The position numbers and the translations under genes were made by a program. The notes under the pieces are model-generated. The model saw only the letters and a list, made by a program, of their open reading frames with translations. It made no database searches and had not been told where the DNA came from. This document shows, one piece after another, positions 46,729 to 56,502 of a stretch of 64,000 nucleotides of DNA; position 1 is the stretch's first letter, and each line of letters begins with the position of its first letter. This DNA is from a bacterium (GTDB lineage: Bacteria; Actinomycetota; Acidimicrobiia; Acidimicrobiales; CATQHL01), in contig JAPOVS010000019.1 of assembly GCA_026708055.1 (NCBI GenBank), positions 532-64,531 of the forward strand, given 5' to 3'.

Positions 46729-47517
46729 ATGGCACAGAGTCACGAAATCGAATACCGCGTCGGCGGTGACGACCTGCAATTCGTGGAGGTCTGGCTGGAC
46801 CCCCACGAGACGGTGATCGGCGAGGCCGGTGCCATGATGTACATGAACCCCGGCATCACCTTCGAGGCCAAGATGGGCGACGGGGCCGACCCCGACGAGG
46901 GCACCTGGAGCAAGCTCAAGTCCGCCGGCAAGCGGGTGCTGGCGCAGGAGTCCCTCTTCCTCACCCACTTCACCAACATGGGGTCGGGGAAGTCCAGCGT
47001 GGCGTTCGCCGCGGAGTTCCCCGGCAAGATCGTCCCGGTCGACCTCGCGCAGCACGGCGGGCGCATCATCTGCCAGAAGGACGCCTTCCTGTGCGCCGCC
47101 CTGGGCACGAGGATCGACATCGCCTTCCAGCGCAAGATCGGCACCGGACTGTTCGGCGGCGAGGGATTCATCCTGCAGAGCCTCAGCGGTGACGGCCTGG
47201 CGTTCCTGTCGGCGGGCGGCACCGTCATCCGGCGCCAGCTCCAAGGCGAGCAGCTGCGCGTCGACACCGGCTGCATCGTGGGGTTCGAGCAGGGCATCGA
47301 CTACGGCATCGAGCGCGCCGGCAACCTCAAGTCCAGCATCTTCGGCGGTGAGGGCCTGTTCCTGGCGACGCTGTCGGGCCACGGCTCGGTCTGGCTGCAG
47401 TCACTGCCGTTCTCCCGCCTCGCCGACCGCATCCTGGCCGCAGCCGCCCCCGTCCCCGGCGCCTCCAAGGGCGAGGGTTCGATGATCGGCGGCTTCGCCG
47501 GAGCCTTCGAACGCTAA
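46729..47517 (+). CDS. AIM24/TIGR00266 (DUF124) family protein
   Basis: 262 aa with …[24 protein letters not shown]… and …[17 protein letters not shown]…[21 protein letters not shown]…. Confidence 0.8.
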   Translation: MAQSHEIEYRVGGDDLQFVEVWLDPHETVIGEAGAMMYMNPGITFEAKMGDGADPDEGTWSKLKSAGKRVLAQESLFLTHFTNMGSGKSSVAFAAEFPGKIVPVDLAQHGGRIICQKDAFLCAALGTRIDIAFQRKIGTGLFGGEGFILQSLSGDGLAFLSAGGTVIRRQLQGEQLRVDTGCIVGFEQGIDYGIERAGNLKSSIFGGEGLFLATLSGHGSVWLQSLPFSRLADRILAAAAPVPGASKGEGSMIGGFAGAFER

Positions 47518-47552
47518 CCCCCGCCGACCGGGGATCCCGATCCATGATCCCC

Positions 47553-47578
47553 GTCATTCCGGCGAAGGCCGGAATCCA
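47553..47578 (+). repeat. REP-like hairpin element, copy 4
   Basis: Identical 26-mer, 36 nt after the stop at 47517. Confidence 0.85.
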
Positions 47579-47592
47579 GGCTTCGGCGACGG

Positions 47593-48000
47593 TTAGATCC
47601 GCACGTCGACGCAGCGGAGATCCCCGCCCCAGTCGAGAATCGCCCGATCGGCCGTCACTAACGTGTGCCCACCGACGAGCGCGGTCGCCACGATGAACCG
47701 GTCGGCCGGATCGTTGTGGAAACCGTCGCGCGCCAAGGTGGCGGCGCGGACGGCCTCGGCGCCTTGGAGGGGGAGTTCCCGCAGCCCGTCGGTAAGCCGG
47801 TCCCGACGCCAGCGAGCCGGTTCGCACCCAAGAACAAGTTCGCGCTTCTCCGCCAGCATGGCGACCTCCCAGAACGTCACGACCGACACCCCCAGGGAGC
47901 CGATCTCCCACCCCTCCTCGATGGTGGACCGCGCCGCCGTCCCGAGTCGCGGGTCGTCCCGCAGCGACCAGAGCAGGGCATTGGTATCGAGCAGCAGCAT
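47593..48000 (-). CDS. vapC: PIN-domain toxin (VapC family)
   Basis: MLLLDTNALLWSL… and …DPADRFIVATAL…. The ATG overlaps the antitoxin stop. Confidence 0.85.
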   Translation of the reverse strand: MLLLDTNALLWSLRDDPRLGTAARSTIEEGWEIGSLGVSVVTFWEVAMLAEKRELVLGCEPARWRRDRLTDGLRELPLQGAEAVRAATLARDGFHNDPADRFIVATALVGGHTLVTADRAILDWGGDLRCVDVRI

Positions 48001-48314
48001 CAGGTGGCTGTGGGCGCGTCGGGAAGCCGGTCCAGTTTCGTTTCCCACTCGGCCCACTCGTCGGTGGTCGAGAGATCCAGGTCGTCGCCCACGATGACCA
48101 GCGAGTCCCTGCACGAGCCGAGGATGCTCGCCCGTCTCGCCGGGGGTTGCACGGGAACCAGCTTGGCGACCGGCCGGTTGTGCTTCGTGATGGTCACCTC
48201 GGCGCCGGACTCACTGACGAGGTCCATGATCTGGAGGCATCTGGCCTTGAAGTCCGCCGCGCCGATCGGGCGGCTGAGATCCACGGCACCGCCATCGGCG
48301 GGTGCATCCGTCAT
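48000..48314 (-). CDS. Phd/YefM-type antitoxin
   Basis: 104 aa with …AADFKARCLQIMDLVSESGAEVTITKHNRPVAKLVP…. GAGGAGG RBS precedes the ATG at 48314. Confidence 0.8.
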   Translation of the reverse strand: MTDAPADGGAVDLSRPIGAADFKARCLQIMDLVSESGAEVTITKHNRPVAKLVPVQPPARRASILGSCRDSLVIVGDDLDLSTTDEWAEWETKLDRLPDAPTAT

Positions 48315-48371
48315 GTGAGCCTCCTCAGCCTTTGAAAATACTAGTCGCAGTCTAGTCATATGCCCGCCCGG

Positions 48372-48830
48372 CTAGTTCGGGTTGACGGCGACCGTCTCGA
48401 TCACCAACTGCCAGCCCTCCGCCTCTCCCCAGATCCGCCGAGACTCGAGCGGCCGGGTCAGGGACTGCACCGCGAGCATCACGTCCCGTGCGGCGAACAG
48501 TTCCCCGTTTACCTCGGTGTCGTCGATCCCGACCCACGCGGCGATGATGTCGTCAGCCTCGGGGCACCGCTCCGAGTACGGCCCATTGCACTCGTGGCCC
48601 GCGGCCCGGGCGACCGCGCGCGCCGCGGGGCCGAGCAGCCCGATCATCGGTTCCGTCTGAACCGACGCGTACGCAAGTCCGTCCGGCGGCCACGCCGGCA
48701 CCCACGCGTTGGGGCCATCGAGCGTACCGATTGTGGCTTCGGCGCTTGGGCGCTCGAGGCGCACCAGCACCGTCAACCTGATGTGATCGTCGGTGGTGCC
48801 GAGATACCGGAGCAGTTCATCGTCTGTCAT
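48372..48830 (-). CDS. Hypothetical protein
   Basis: 152 aa from MTDDELLRYLG (weak AAGG RBS); a GTG at 48938 is the alternative start. No family recognised. Confidence 0.4.
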   Translation of the reverse strand: MTDDELLRYLGTTDDHIRLTVLVRLERPSAEATIGTLDGPNAWVPAWPPDGLAYASVQTEPMIGLLGPAARAVARAAGHECNGPYSERCPEADDIIAAWVGIDDTEVNGELFAARDVMLAVQSLTRPLESRRIWGEAEGWQLVIETVAVNPN

Positions 48831-49036
48831 CGCAAACCTTTCGAGTAGAGCGATCCAATCCGGGGCGCGCAGGCACGAGGCGTCGCCGGGGAGTTCGCCC
48901 TCGGTTCGGACCCGTCGAACGCGCAAACGTGCGGACACAAGGCACCGCCGATGTGGTCACAGGTGTCGCACCGGTGACGATGTGATCAGCCAGGGTGGAC
49001 TGGCGGACGGCCTCGCGGGGTTCGCCGCGCAGCCGA

Positions 49037-49327
49037 TCAGGCGGCGCAGTCGGGTCGTTCGCTCGGTTCCGTCGGCTCGTCGGTGCCGGAGCGGGGGAAG
49101 CCGATTCCCAGGCGGCCCTCTATGCGAGCGACGCTCACCCTCAAGTCACCGACGTCGGTTCTGAGTTCCTTGATCTCGGCGTCCTGGCCGTCCATCCGCT
49201 TGTCCTGGCGCTTGAAGCCGTCTCGCATCTCGCGTTGCAAGAACGCGTAGCCGGCAAAGACGGCACCCAGAATGGTGACGAGGATCGACACCCAGGCGAT
49301 GATGAACTGGATCTGAGCGACTTCCAC
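49037..49327 (-). CDS. Hypothetical small membrane protein (N-terminal TM + coiled coil)
   Basis: GTG preceded by GGAGGGAG. IQFIIAWVSILVTILGAVFAGYAF is a predicted TM segment, followed by a heptad-like stretch …DAEIKELRTDVGDLRVSVARIEGRL. Confidence 0.4.
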   Translation of the reverse strand: MEVAQIQFIIAWVSILVTILGAVFAGYAFLQREMRDGFKRQDKRMDGQDAEIKELRTDVGDLRVSVARIEGRLGIGFPRSGTDEPTEPSERPDCAA

Positions 49328-49626
49328 TGCGCTGCTCCCTCCTCCGGGCGGGATCGCCCGGCCGGCTCTGTCAGGGGGAAGCCAACTCCGAGCGTACCAG
49401 CGGCGACCGCCGTCACTGCAATGCCACGTAGGGCGGGCCACCGACCGCCGCTACCTTTCCGAAGACTCCATGAATCTGCTCTACGCCCAGCGCGATACCA
49501 TCGCCACAGCCGTATTCACAGTCGGCGACCATCACCGATGCTCAACACAAGAGCCCACCAATTGATGGGACGCCCCCACATCGTTCGTGTCGAGATCGAA
49601 CGAACAGCACAGGAGCGTGCAGCGCC

Positions 49627-50262
49627 ATGCCACTGACCCAATACCGGATTGACCGCGACGGTGCCGACCGTCTGCTCTTCCTCATGCACGGCTACACCGC
49701 CGAGCAGCACCACCTCGCGTCGTATGTGCCGTTGGTCGACCCGGACGAGCGCTTCACTGCGATCGCGCCGCGGGGACCGATCGACATGCCCGACGGCGAC
49801 GGCGCGGGCTGGTGGACCATCGACCTCGACACCTTCGAATCCGACCTCTCACAGTTCATGCCGTCGCTTGAGATGCTTGAGTCGTTCATCGCGGACGAGG
49901 CGGACAAGGCAGGTGTGCCACTCGAGCGTTGCGTCGTGGGCGGGTTCAGCCAAGGCGGCTACCTGTCGCTGGCGCTCGCCGGCAGAGCCGCTGCGCCCCG
50001 CTATGCCGGCGTGTGGGCCATCTGCTGCGGCCTTCCGGGCGATCCAAGGCTGGACCTCGACCTGACGCACGGCAATGGTCGACCGGCGCTCTTCCAGTGG
50101 GGAACCCGCGACATCGTCATCGGCCCAGACAAGCCCAAAGAGGTGATCGCAGCCCTCGCCGACGGTGGGTGGGATCTGCGGCATCACGCCTACGACATGG
50201 CCCACAGCCAGACCATCGAAATGATGATCGACGCCCGCGAGTGGCTCGCCGGGGTCCTCTGA
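49627..50262 (+). CDS. Alpha/beta hydrolase, phospholipase/carboxylesterase family
   Basis: 211 aa with the nucleophile elbow GFSQGG and …LFLMHGY…. Confidence 0.8.
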   Translation: MPLTQYRIDRDGADRLLFLMHGYTAEQHHLASYVPLVDPDERFTAIAPRGPIDMPDGDGAGWWTIDLDTFESDLSQFMPSLEMLESFIADEADKAGVPLERCVVGGFSQGGYLSLALAGRAAAPRYAGVWAICCGLPGDPRLDLDLTHGNGRPALFQWGTRDIVIGPDKPKEVIAALADGGWDLRHHAYDMAHSQTIEMMIDAREWLAGVL

Positions 50263-50621
50263 ACCCATCCAGCTAGCCAGGCGGCTACGTCTCCAACAGG
50301 CACCGGGGTTCTGTTACCGAGGCCGTGCGCGGCAGGGACGGCGCGGCCCAGGCCGCGGGTCTGAGGCACGGGGACATGTGACCTGTCACTCAGAGGGCGA
50401 GTTCGACGAGGCTTCCGGCGGCCCGCCCGACCAGGAGGCTGTCCCCGTCGACCGACCGGCGTCGACTGGTCGCTGCGTCGGACTCGAGTGCAGTCGCCGG
50501 CGACTGTTCCGTCCGGTTCGGCGAGCGGGTTACCATCGCCACAGCCGACTCGACAGGCGGCACCGATCACCGCGATGCAACCCCGGCGCCGCCTTGCGAT
50601 GGGCGGGCGCAGCAAGGGAGG

Positions 50622-51524
50622 ATGTCCATGGATTGGTTCCGGACCAGGAAGCTCTCCGACGGTGTCTGGTTGGTCGCCGAGCCGGCCCTGGTCAACCTGT
50701 GGCTCATCGCGGGCACCGAACGGGCGGTTCTGCTCGACACGGGGTGCGGCATCTCGCCGCTCCGGCCGGTCGTCGCCGGACTGACCGACCTGCCGGTCAC
50801 GGTGGTCAACACGCACTATCACTCCGATCACATCGGCGGGAACTGCGAGTTCGACGAGATCATCACCCACGAGGTCGGCGCGGAGCTGATTTCCAAGCCC
50901 CTCGCGGAGGAGTGGCGCGCCGGCTTCGCGAGCTACGTGCGGGACCTGTTGGCGTGCGCTGAGGCGTACCGGGCGATCGACCGGAAGCACTTCCACCTGC
51001 TCGAGTCGTTCAACGACATCGGGCCTCTGCCGCCCGGCTTCGACCTGGACTCCTGGGACATCGTGACCGGACCGCCGACGGCCACCGTGGCCGACGGCGA
51101 CCGGATCGAGCTCGGCGACCGCTCCCTGGTCGTGATGCACACGCCCGGCCATACTCCCGACTCGATCTGCCTCTACGACGAGCGCGACAGCCTCCTGTTC
51201 ACGGGCGACACGGTGCTGACCGGTGCCAACCTGGCGCAGTTCAACGAAGCGGACATCGGCACCTATGCGGCGTCGACGCGGCGGCTCGCCGACATCGCCG
51301 ATGACGTGAGCCTGGTCGTGCCCCACCACTACGGCCGGACCACGATCGACTCGGGCTTCCTGGTCGAGGTGGCGAACGGCATGGAAGAAGTGGCGGCCGG
51401 TGAGGCCACGCTCATGCCCGCTATCGACCTGTTCGACAATCAGGTGCTGGCGGCGATGTACGACCGCTTCAGCATTCTGGTCGCCGATCCCGACCTCGCG
51501 CCGCTGTTGGAGTTCACGGAGTAG
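50622..51524 (+). CDS. MBL-fold metallo-hydrolase
   Basis: 300 aa with …VVNTHYHSDHIGGN… (HxHxDH) and …HTPGHTPDS…. Confidence 0.88.
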   Translation: MSMDWFRTRKLSDGVWLVAEPALVNLWLIAGTERAVLLDTGCGISPLRPVVAGLTDLPVTVVNTHYHSDHIGGNCEFDEIITHEVGAELISKPLAEEWRAGFASYVRDLLACAEAYRAIDRKHFHLLESFNDIGPLPPGFDLDSWDIVTGPPTATVADGDRIELGDRSLVVMHTPGHTPDSICLYDERDSLLFTGDTVLTGANLAQFNEADIGTYAASTRRLADIADDVSLVVPHHYGRTTIDSGFLVEVANGMEEVAAGEATLMPAIDLFDNQVLAAMYDRFSILVADPDLAPLLEFTE

Positions 51525-51573
51525 GGGACTGCTCAGCCATCCCTACAGCAGTGTGAATCGGGCTGCTGGACCA

Positions 51574-51599
51574 TGGACTCCGGCCTTCACCGGAATGAC
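51574..51599 (-). repeat. REP-like hairpin element, copy 5 (inverted relative to copies 1-4)
   Basis: The - strand reads GTCATTCCGGTGAAGGCCGGAGTCCA. It lies 77 nt after the stop of the minus-strand gene ending at 51676. Confidence 0.8.
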
Positions 51600-51675
51600 G
51601 TGAGAGTGTTGTAGCACTGGATGGGAGGTGCTGCAGCAAGGCCGCTGCCGCGGCCTGACCGCGGCGACTTCGGGG

Positions 51676-52644
51676 CTACGTCGTGGCGGCGACCTTGTTG
51701 GCGATCCACTCGCCGGCCGGGATCGGATCGTTGGGCTGCTCGCTGGGAGCGAGGCACGTCGGCACGCATTGCACGAGGGCGTCGAGGCTGGGGTTGAAGA
51801 ACAGCGGCACCGACAGCCGGTCGGTGCTCGTGTCGGTGGGGCAGACCACCCGGTGCAGGCTCGATCGCCAGCGGCCGTTGCTCCAGAACCCCATGAGGTC
51901 GCCGAGGTTCACCACGTAGGTGTCGGGCACCACCGGCACGGGTACCCACCGGCCGTCGCGCGTCTTGACCTGCAGGCCCGACTCGCCGTCGGTGTACAGA
52001 ACGGTGACGGCCCCGTAGTCGGTGTGCTCGCCACGCCGGAACTGTCCCGGCTGGGGCTCGATGCCCGTCGCCGGGTAGTAGTTGACGAACAGCGAGGAGC
52101 CCGGCACCTCGAGCTTGTCCTCGAACCAGTCCGGCGGCAGATCGAGCGCCACTGCCAGGATGCGCATCAGCCGGCGCGCCAGCGCGGTCGTCTCGGCGTA
52201 GAAGCACTCGACGGCCTCCCGCAGCCCCTCGGTGTCGGGCCACACGTTGGTGGCGAAGAAGCTGTCGACGTGCTTCACGTCCCGGCCGGCGTAGTCGGCT
52301 CGTCGCTCGGCGGAGAGTTCGGGCCCGAAGCCCAGGTACTCCATGAAGTCCGGCGGGGTCTCGATGTCGAGGCTCGCGGCGGTGGCCATGGTGCCGACAC
52401 CCCACCACCCCCGCAGGATGTCGCCGTTGGCCGGCGTGAAGCGCGCCTTGCGTTCGGGGGACTGGCCGAAGAAGGCGCGGCACGCTCGGTCGAGATCATC
52501 GTTCACCTCGGCGGGGATGCCGTGGCCCGCCACGACGAGGAACCCGTGCTCCTCGCAGGCGTCGTTGACGGCGCGGATCATCGCGTCCTCCGCCGGGCTC
52601 CCACTCTCGAACGGCGAGATGTCGATGACGGGGATCGTGATCAT
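51676..52644 (-). CDS. 2OG-Fe(II) oxygenase (isopenicillin N synthase-like family)
   Basis: 322 aa with MITIPVIDISPF…, …GEHTDYGAVTVL… (HxD) and …WRSSLHRV…. Confidence 0.85.
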   Translation of the reverse strand: MITIPVIDISPFESGSPAEDAMIRAVNDACEEHGFLVVAGHGIPAEVNDDLDRACRAFFGQSPERKARFTPANGDILRGWWGVGTMATAASLDIETPPDFMEYLGFGPELSAERRADYAGRDVKHVDSFFATNVWPDTEGLREAVECFYAETTALARRLMRILAVALDLPPDWFEDKLEVPGSSLFVNYYPATGIEPQPGQFRRGEHTDYGAVTVLYTDGESGLQVKTRDGRWVPVPVVPDTYVVNLGDLMGFWSNGRWRSSLHRVVCPTDTSTDRLSVPLFFNPSLDALVQCVPTCLAPSEQPNDPIPAGEWIANKVAATT

Positions 52645-54947
52645 CGTGACCTCCTCCCGACGATGTCCTGCGGGCGCACCGGCACGCGGGGCAGCTCCAG
52701 GCCCGTGGCGGCCCTGATGGCGGCCACCACCGCCGGCGTCGACGGCAGGCTGGACGTCTCGCCGACTCCCTTGGCCCCGAACGGCGCCGTCTCGTCGGGG
52801 ATCTCGATGAGCGTCACCTCCATCGGGGGCATGTCCGCGGACGTGGGGATCAGGTAGTCGGTGAACGACGGGTTCCGGATCGAGCCGTTCTCCATGACGA
52901 CCTCCTCCATGACCGCCAGCCCGATGCCCTGGGAGGTGCTCCCCTCGATCTGGCCTATCACCGAGACAGGGTTGAGCGCCTTGCCGACATCCTGGCCGAC
53001 GGCGACCTGCACCACGCGCACCAAGCCCAGGTCGAGGTCCACGTCCACGACCGCGCGGTGGGCGGCGAAGATCCAGGAGACATCGGCGTCGCCCTGGCCG
53101 GTCTCAGGGTCCAGCGGGGAGGTCGGACGGTGCTCGTGGCGCACCTCCACCTCGACCGGTCCGTCAGCCGCCTCGGCGACGGGCAGATCGATCCAGCCGT
53201 CGCTGCTCGTGATCCGGCCGTCCTCGACGGCGAGAAGGTCGGCGCTGATCCCGTGGCGTTCGGCGACGGTCTGCTTCACAAGGTTGGCGATCGCCCGGCA
53301 GGCCTTCTCGACGGCGCCGCCCGACATGACGGTCTGCCGGCTGGCCGCCGAGGACCCGGCCGTCCCGATGGTGGCGGTGGAGGGTGTGGCGAGCCGGACC
53401 TCGGTGACGCCGATTGTCGAGCGGGCGATCTGGCCCGCCACCGTGACGAACCCCTGGCCGATCTCCGCCGCGGCGCAGGTGATGGTGACGGTGCCGTCCT
53501 CGAGCCGGCAGCGGGCCCGGGTGTCGTCGTTGTAGCCCTCGGAGTAGGCCATGTTCTTGAAGCCGGCGGCGTATCCCACGCCCCGGCGGATCCGTCTGCG
53601 GTCGGCGGTACGCCCGGCTCCCCCCGGCAGGGCGTAGTCGTCGTTCGCCGTCGGGAGCGGCAGGTCGAACGCCTCGGCGGCCTCCAGGCACTCGCGGACG
53701 GGAGCGGGCACGTCGATGGTCTGGCCGGTGATGAGTGCGTCACCGGTGCGCAGGGCGTTGCGGAGCCGGATGTCCAGAGGGCTGAGACCGCAGGCGGCGG
53801 CGAGCTTGTCCATCTGGCTCTCGTGGGCGAAGCAGGCCTGCACGACGCCGAAGCCGCGCATCGCTCCCGACGGCGGGTTGGTCGTGCGCACGCCGGTGGC
53901 CTCGACGTCGACGTTGGGGACGCGGTAGGGGCCACAGGCGAACCGCGCCGAGCAGGACACCGTGTAAGCCGAGGTGGAGGCGTAGGCACCCCCGTCGAGC
54001 AGGATGCGCCCCTCGACGGCCACGAGTTCTCCCTCGGCTGTGGCGTGGTGCCGGAACCACATCCTGGCGGGGTGCCGGTGGACGTGGCCGACGAACGACT
54101 CGTCGCGCTGGTAGATCATCTTGACGGGACGGCCGGTTCGCAGGGCCAGCATGCAGGCGTGCACGTGCATGGAGAGGTCCTCCCGGGCGCCGAACGCTCC
54201 GCCGGTGCCCGCAAGGTGCAGCCGCACGTCGTCCTCGCTCAGCCCCAGGCACGGAGCGACCTGCGCCAAGTCCTGATGAAGGCCCTGTGTGGCGACGTAC
54301 AGGTCGATGCCGCCTCTGCCGTCGGGCACCGCAAGGCCCGACTCCGGACCCAGGAAGGCCTGGTCCTGGATCCCCACCTCGTAGGTGCCCTCCACGACCA
54401 CCTCAGCGGAACCGTCGATGCTGCCGCGGCGGATCGGCACCGTGTGGATCACGTTGCCGTCGGGATGGATGGGCGCGGCGGTGGCGGCCGACTCCGGGTC
54501 GGTCAGCGCCGGTAGCGGTTCGTACTCCACGGTGATCGCCTCGAGTGCCATCTGGCACGTCTCTGCATGATCGGCGGCCACGACGGCGACCGGTTCACCC
54601 TCGTAACGCACGATGTCGGAGGCCAGGACCGGCTGGTCGGGGAGGGTCAATCCGTATGAGTTCCGCCCGGGAACGTCCTCGGCGGTGAGCACGGCGACCA
54701 CGCCCGCGATCGTCAACGCCCTGGAGGTGTCGATGGACAGCAGGCGGGCGTGGGGATGGGGCGAGCGCAGTGTGCGCCCCCAGAGCATGGCGTCGGCGTG
54801 CAGGTCTGAGGAGAAGGCGAACACCCCGGTGACCTTGGGCACGCCGTCGGGGCGCGGCGCCGACTCGCCCACCCGCGAGGCCGGCCGCGGCGGCGCCAGG
54901 GTTGCCGCGGTCTGGTGCGCCCCGAGGACGGGGCGCACCGTCGTCAC
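52641..54947 (-). CDS. Xanthine dehydrogenase/aldehyde oxidase family molybdopterin-binding large subunit
   Basis: 768 aa with …RPDGVPKVTGVFAFSSDL…, …GGAFGARED… and …KGVGETS…. Confidence 0.9.
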   Translation of the reverse strand: MTTVRPVLGAHQTAATLAPPRPASRVGESAPRPDGVPKVTGVFAFSSDLHADAMLWGRTLRSPHPHARLLSIDTSRALTIAGVVAVLTAEDVPGRNSYGLTLPDQPVLASDIVRYEGEPVAVVAADHAETCQMALEAITVEYEPLPALTDPESAATAAPIHPDGNVIHTVPIRRGSIDGSAEVVVEGTYEVGIQDQAFLGPESGLAVPDGRGGIDLYVATQGLHQDLAQVAPCLGLSEDDVRLHLAGTGGAFGAREDLSMHVHACMLALRTGRPVKMIYQRDESFVGHVHRHPARMWFRHHATAEGELVAVEGRILLDGGAYASTSAYTVSCSARFACGPYRVPNVDVEATGVRTTNPPSGAMRGFGVVQACFAHESQMDKLAAACGLSPLDIRLRNALRTGDALITGQTIDVPAPVRECLEAAEAFDLPLPTANDDYALPGGAGRTADRRRIRRGVGYAAGFKNMAYSEGYNDDTRARCRLEDGTVTITCAAAEIGQGFVTVAGQIARSTIGVTEVRLATPSTATIGTAGSSAASRQTVMSGGAVEKACRAIANLVKQTVAERHGISADLLAVEDGRITSSDGWIDLPVAEAADGPVEVEVRHEHRPTSPLDPETGQGDADVSWIFAAHRAVVDVDLDLGLVRVVQVAVGQDVGKALNPVSVIGQIEGSTSQGIGLAVMEEVVMENGSIRNPSFTDYLIPTSADMPPMEVTLIEIPDETAPFGAKGVGETSSLPSTPAVVAAIRAATGLELPRVPVRPQDIVGRRSR

Positions 54948-55029
54948 GTCTGCCTGTTCACCTACGCAGGCGCCAGGCTCGATCCTCGGCTCGGTGACGT
55001 CAATGGCCGTCGTTCCTCCCGGCTACCGG

Positions 55030-56346
55030 TCAGAGGTCGACGCCCTCGACGTTGGGCATGACCCAGAACATCGAGCGCAGATCCCCGACTGCCATCACCT
55101 CACCGTCAGCGAGGATCTCGTTGCCACCGATGTCCGACAGCGGGCCGGTATACACCTGGCCCGCACCGCTGGAGATCCGCTCGATCTCGGCCTCGACGAT
55201 AGCCTTCTCGTCGTCGGAGAGTTGGTCGTAGAGCGGCCCCCACTCGGTGAGTGTGATGGCGCCGTCGTCCATGCTCAAGTACGAGAACTCGGTCTTGAAG
55301 TCGCCGTCGAAGATGGACTGGATGTAGCTCTCGATCTGCGGTCTCCAGTCGTACTCGGCGGTAACGACCGTCACGGTCGGTGCATAGGTGCTGGCGTCCA
55401 CCTGCACGCCCGCGTAGGGCACCCCGGCGCTCTCGACGACCGGGCCGATCGCCGGGCTCGGCAGGCTCGTGGACATGAAGGTGACACCGGAGTCCACGAG
55501 GCTGCGCGCCGCTTGGCCCTGCAGGCTCGTGTCCACCCAGTCGTTGGTGAACACGACCTTGAGCGTGGCGGTCGGGTTGGTGAGCTGCATTCCGATGGCG
55601 AACCCGTTGATCGTCCGGATGTCGTAGGGGATGGCGAACGCGTCCACCCAACCGATGTCATCGCCGGGTTCGACCATCAGGCCCGCCACGACGCCGGAGA
55701 TGTAGGCGCCGTCCTCGGGGGCGTTGACGTAGCCGGCGAAGTTGTCGAGGTCGCCGGGGTTGTCCCACTGGCTGGCGACGAAGTAGACGTCGGGGTTCTC
55801 GTAGGCCGCGGCGATCATCGGTTCACCCTGCTCGTAGCTCGTGCCCACGATCACGTCGATGCCCTCGAGGATTGCCGTCTCGATGACCGAGGTGATGACG
55901 TCGGCCCCCCAGAGGCTCTCCTTGAACGTCGTGGAGACGCGATCCCCGTAGGTCTCCTCGATCCCCATACGGGCGTTGTCGAAGGTCTGGGTCCAGCCGC
56001 CGTCGCGGGCGGGCCCCGAATACAGGAACAGGATCTCCAGCGGCTCGTCGTCCATCGCCGGTTCCTCGGCCGCGGGTTCCGGTGGCGGCGGCGGCGGCTC
56101 CTCCGGTGGCGGTGGCGGTGGTTCCTCGGGTGCGGCAGCGGGCGCCTCTGCCGGCTCCGGCGGTGGTGCGGGTGCGGGCTCGGGAGGAGCCGGGGCCGGC
56201 TCAGGTGCCGGCGCGGGTGCTGCCGTGGGCTCGGCGGCGTCGTCACCGCAGGCGCCTGCGATGAGTGTTCCGACGGCCAGAACCGCCAAGATGAGGAACA
56301 ACCGGCCGGCGCTCGAGCGCCGGGCCTTTCGTGTCTTAACCGTCAT
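55030..56346 (-). CDS. BMP-family (PnrA-like, nucleoside-binding) ABC substrate-binding lipoprotein
   Basis: MTVKTRKARR…LIAGACGDD gives a lipobox. A ~70-aa Pro/Ala/Glu linker follows, then the BMP-like body. Confidence 0.82.
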   Translation of the reverse strand: MTVKTRKARRSSAGRLFLILAVLAVGTLIAGACGDDAAEPTAAPAPAPEPAPAPPEPAPAPPPEPAEAPAAAPEEPPPPPPEEPPPPPPEPAAEEPAMDDEPLEILFLYSGPARDGGWTQTFDNARMGIEETYGDRVSTTFKESLWGADVITSVIETAILEGIDVIVGTSYEQGEPMIAAAYENPDVYFVASQWDNPGDLDNFAGYVNAPEDGAYISGVVAGLMVEPGDDIGWVDAFAIPYDIRTINGFAIGMQLTNPTATLKVVFTNDWVDTSLQGQAARSLVDSGVTFMSTSLPSPAIGPVVESAGVPYAGVQVDASTYAPTVTVVTAEYDWRPQIESYIQSIFDGDFKTEFSYLSMDDGAITLTEWGPLYDQLSDDEKAIVEAEIERISSGAGQVYTGPLSDIGGNEILADGEVMAVGDLRSMFWVMPNVEGVDL

Positions 56347-56502
56347 GGTCTCTCCCCTTCCCCTCAAGGAATCCCGCCCGGCTTCCTCCGGCGAATCGCG
56401 AGAGAGCCGCGCATTGGCCTGACCATGCAGACTAGTAGGCCGAATTCATAAGTCAAGTACGGAAAGTCTAGCATTAGCACATGTCTTGCTTATGGTAAGT
56501 CG

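Noticed and set aside
50263-50621. 360-bp intergenic region upstream of the MBL hydrolase with a GTGAC-CT-GTCAC palindrome; considered as a riboswitch or operator
   Set aside because: I could not recognise any conserved riboswitch core motif, and a single short palindrome is insufficient evidence.
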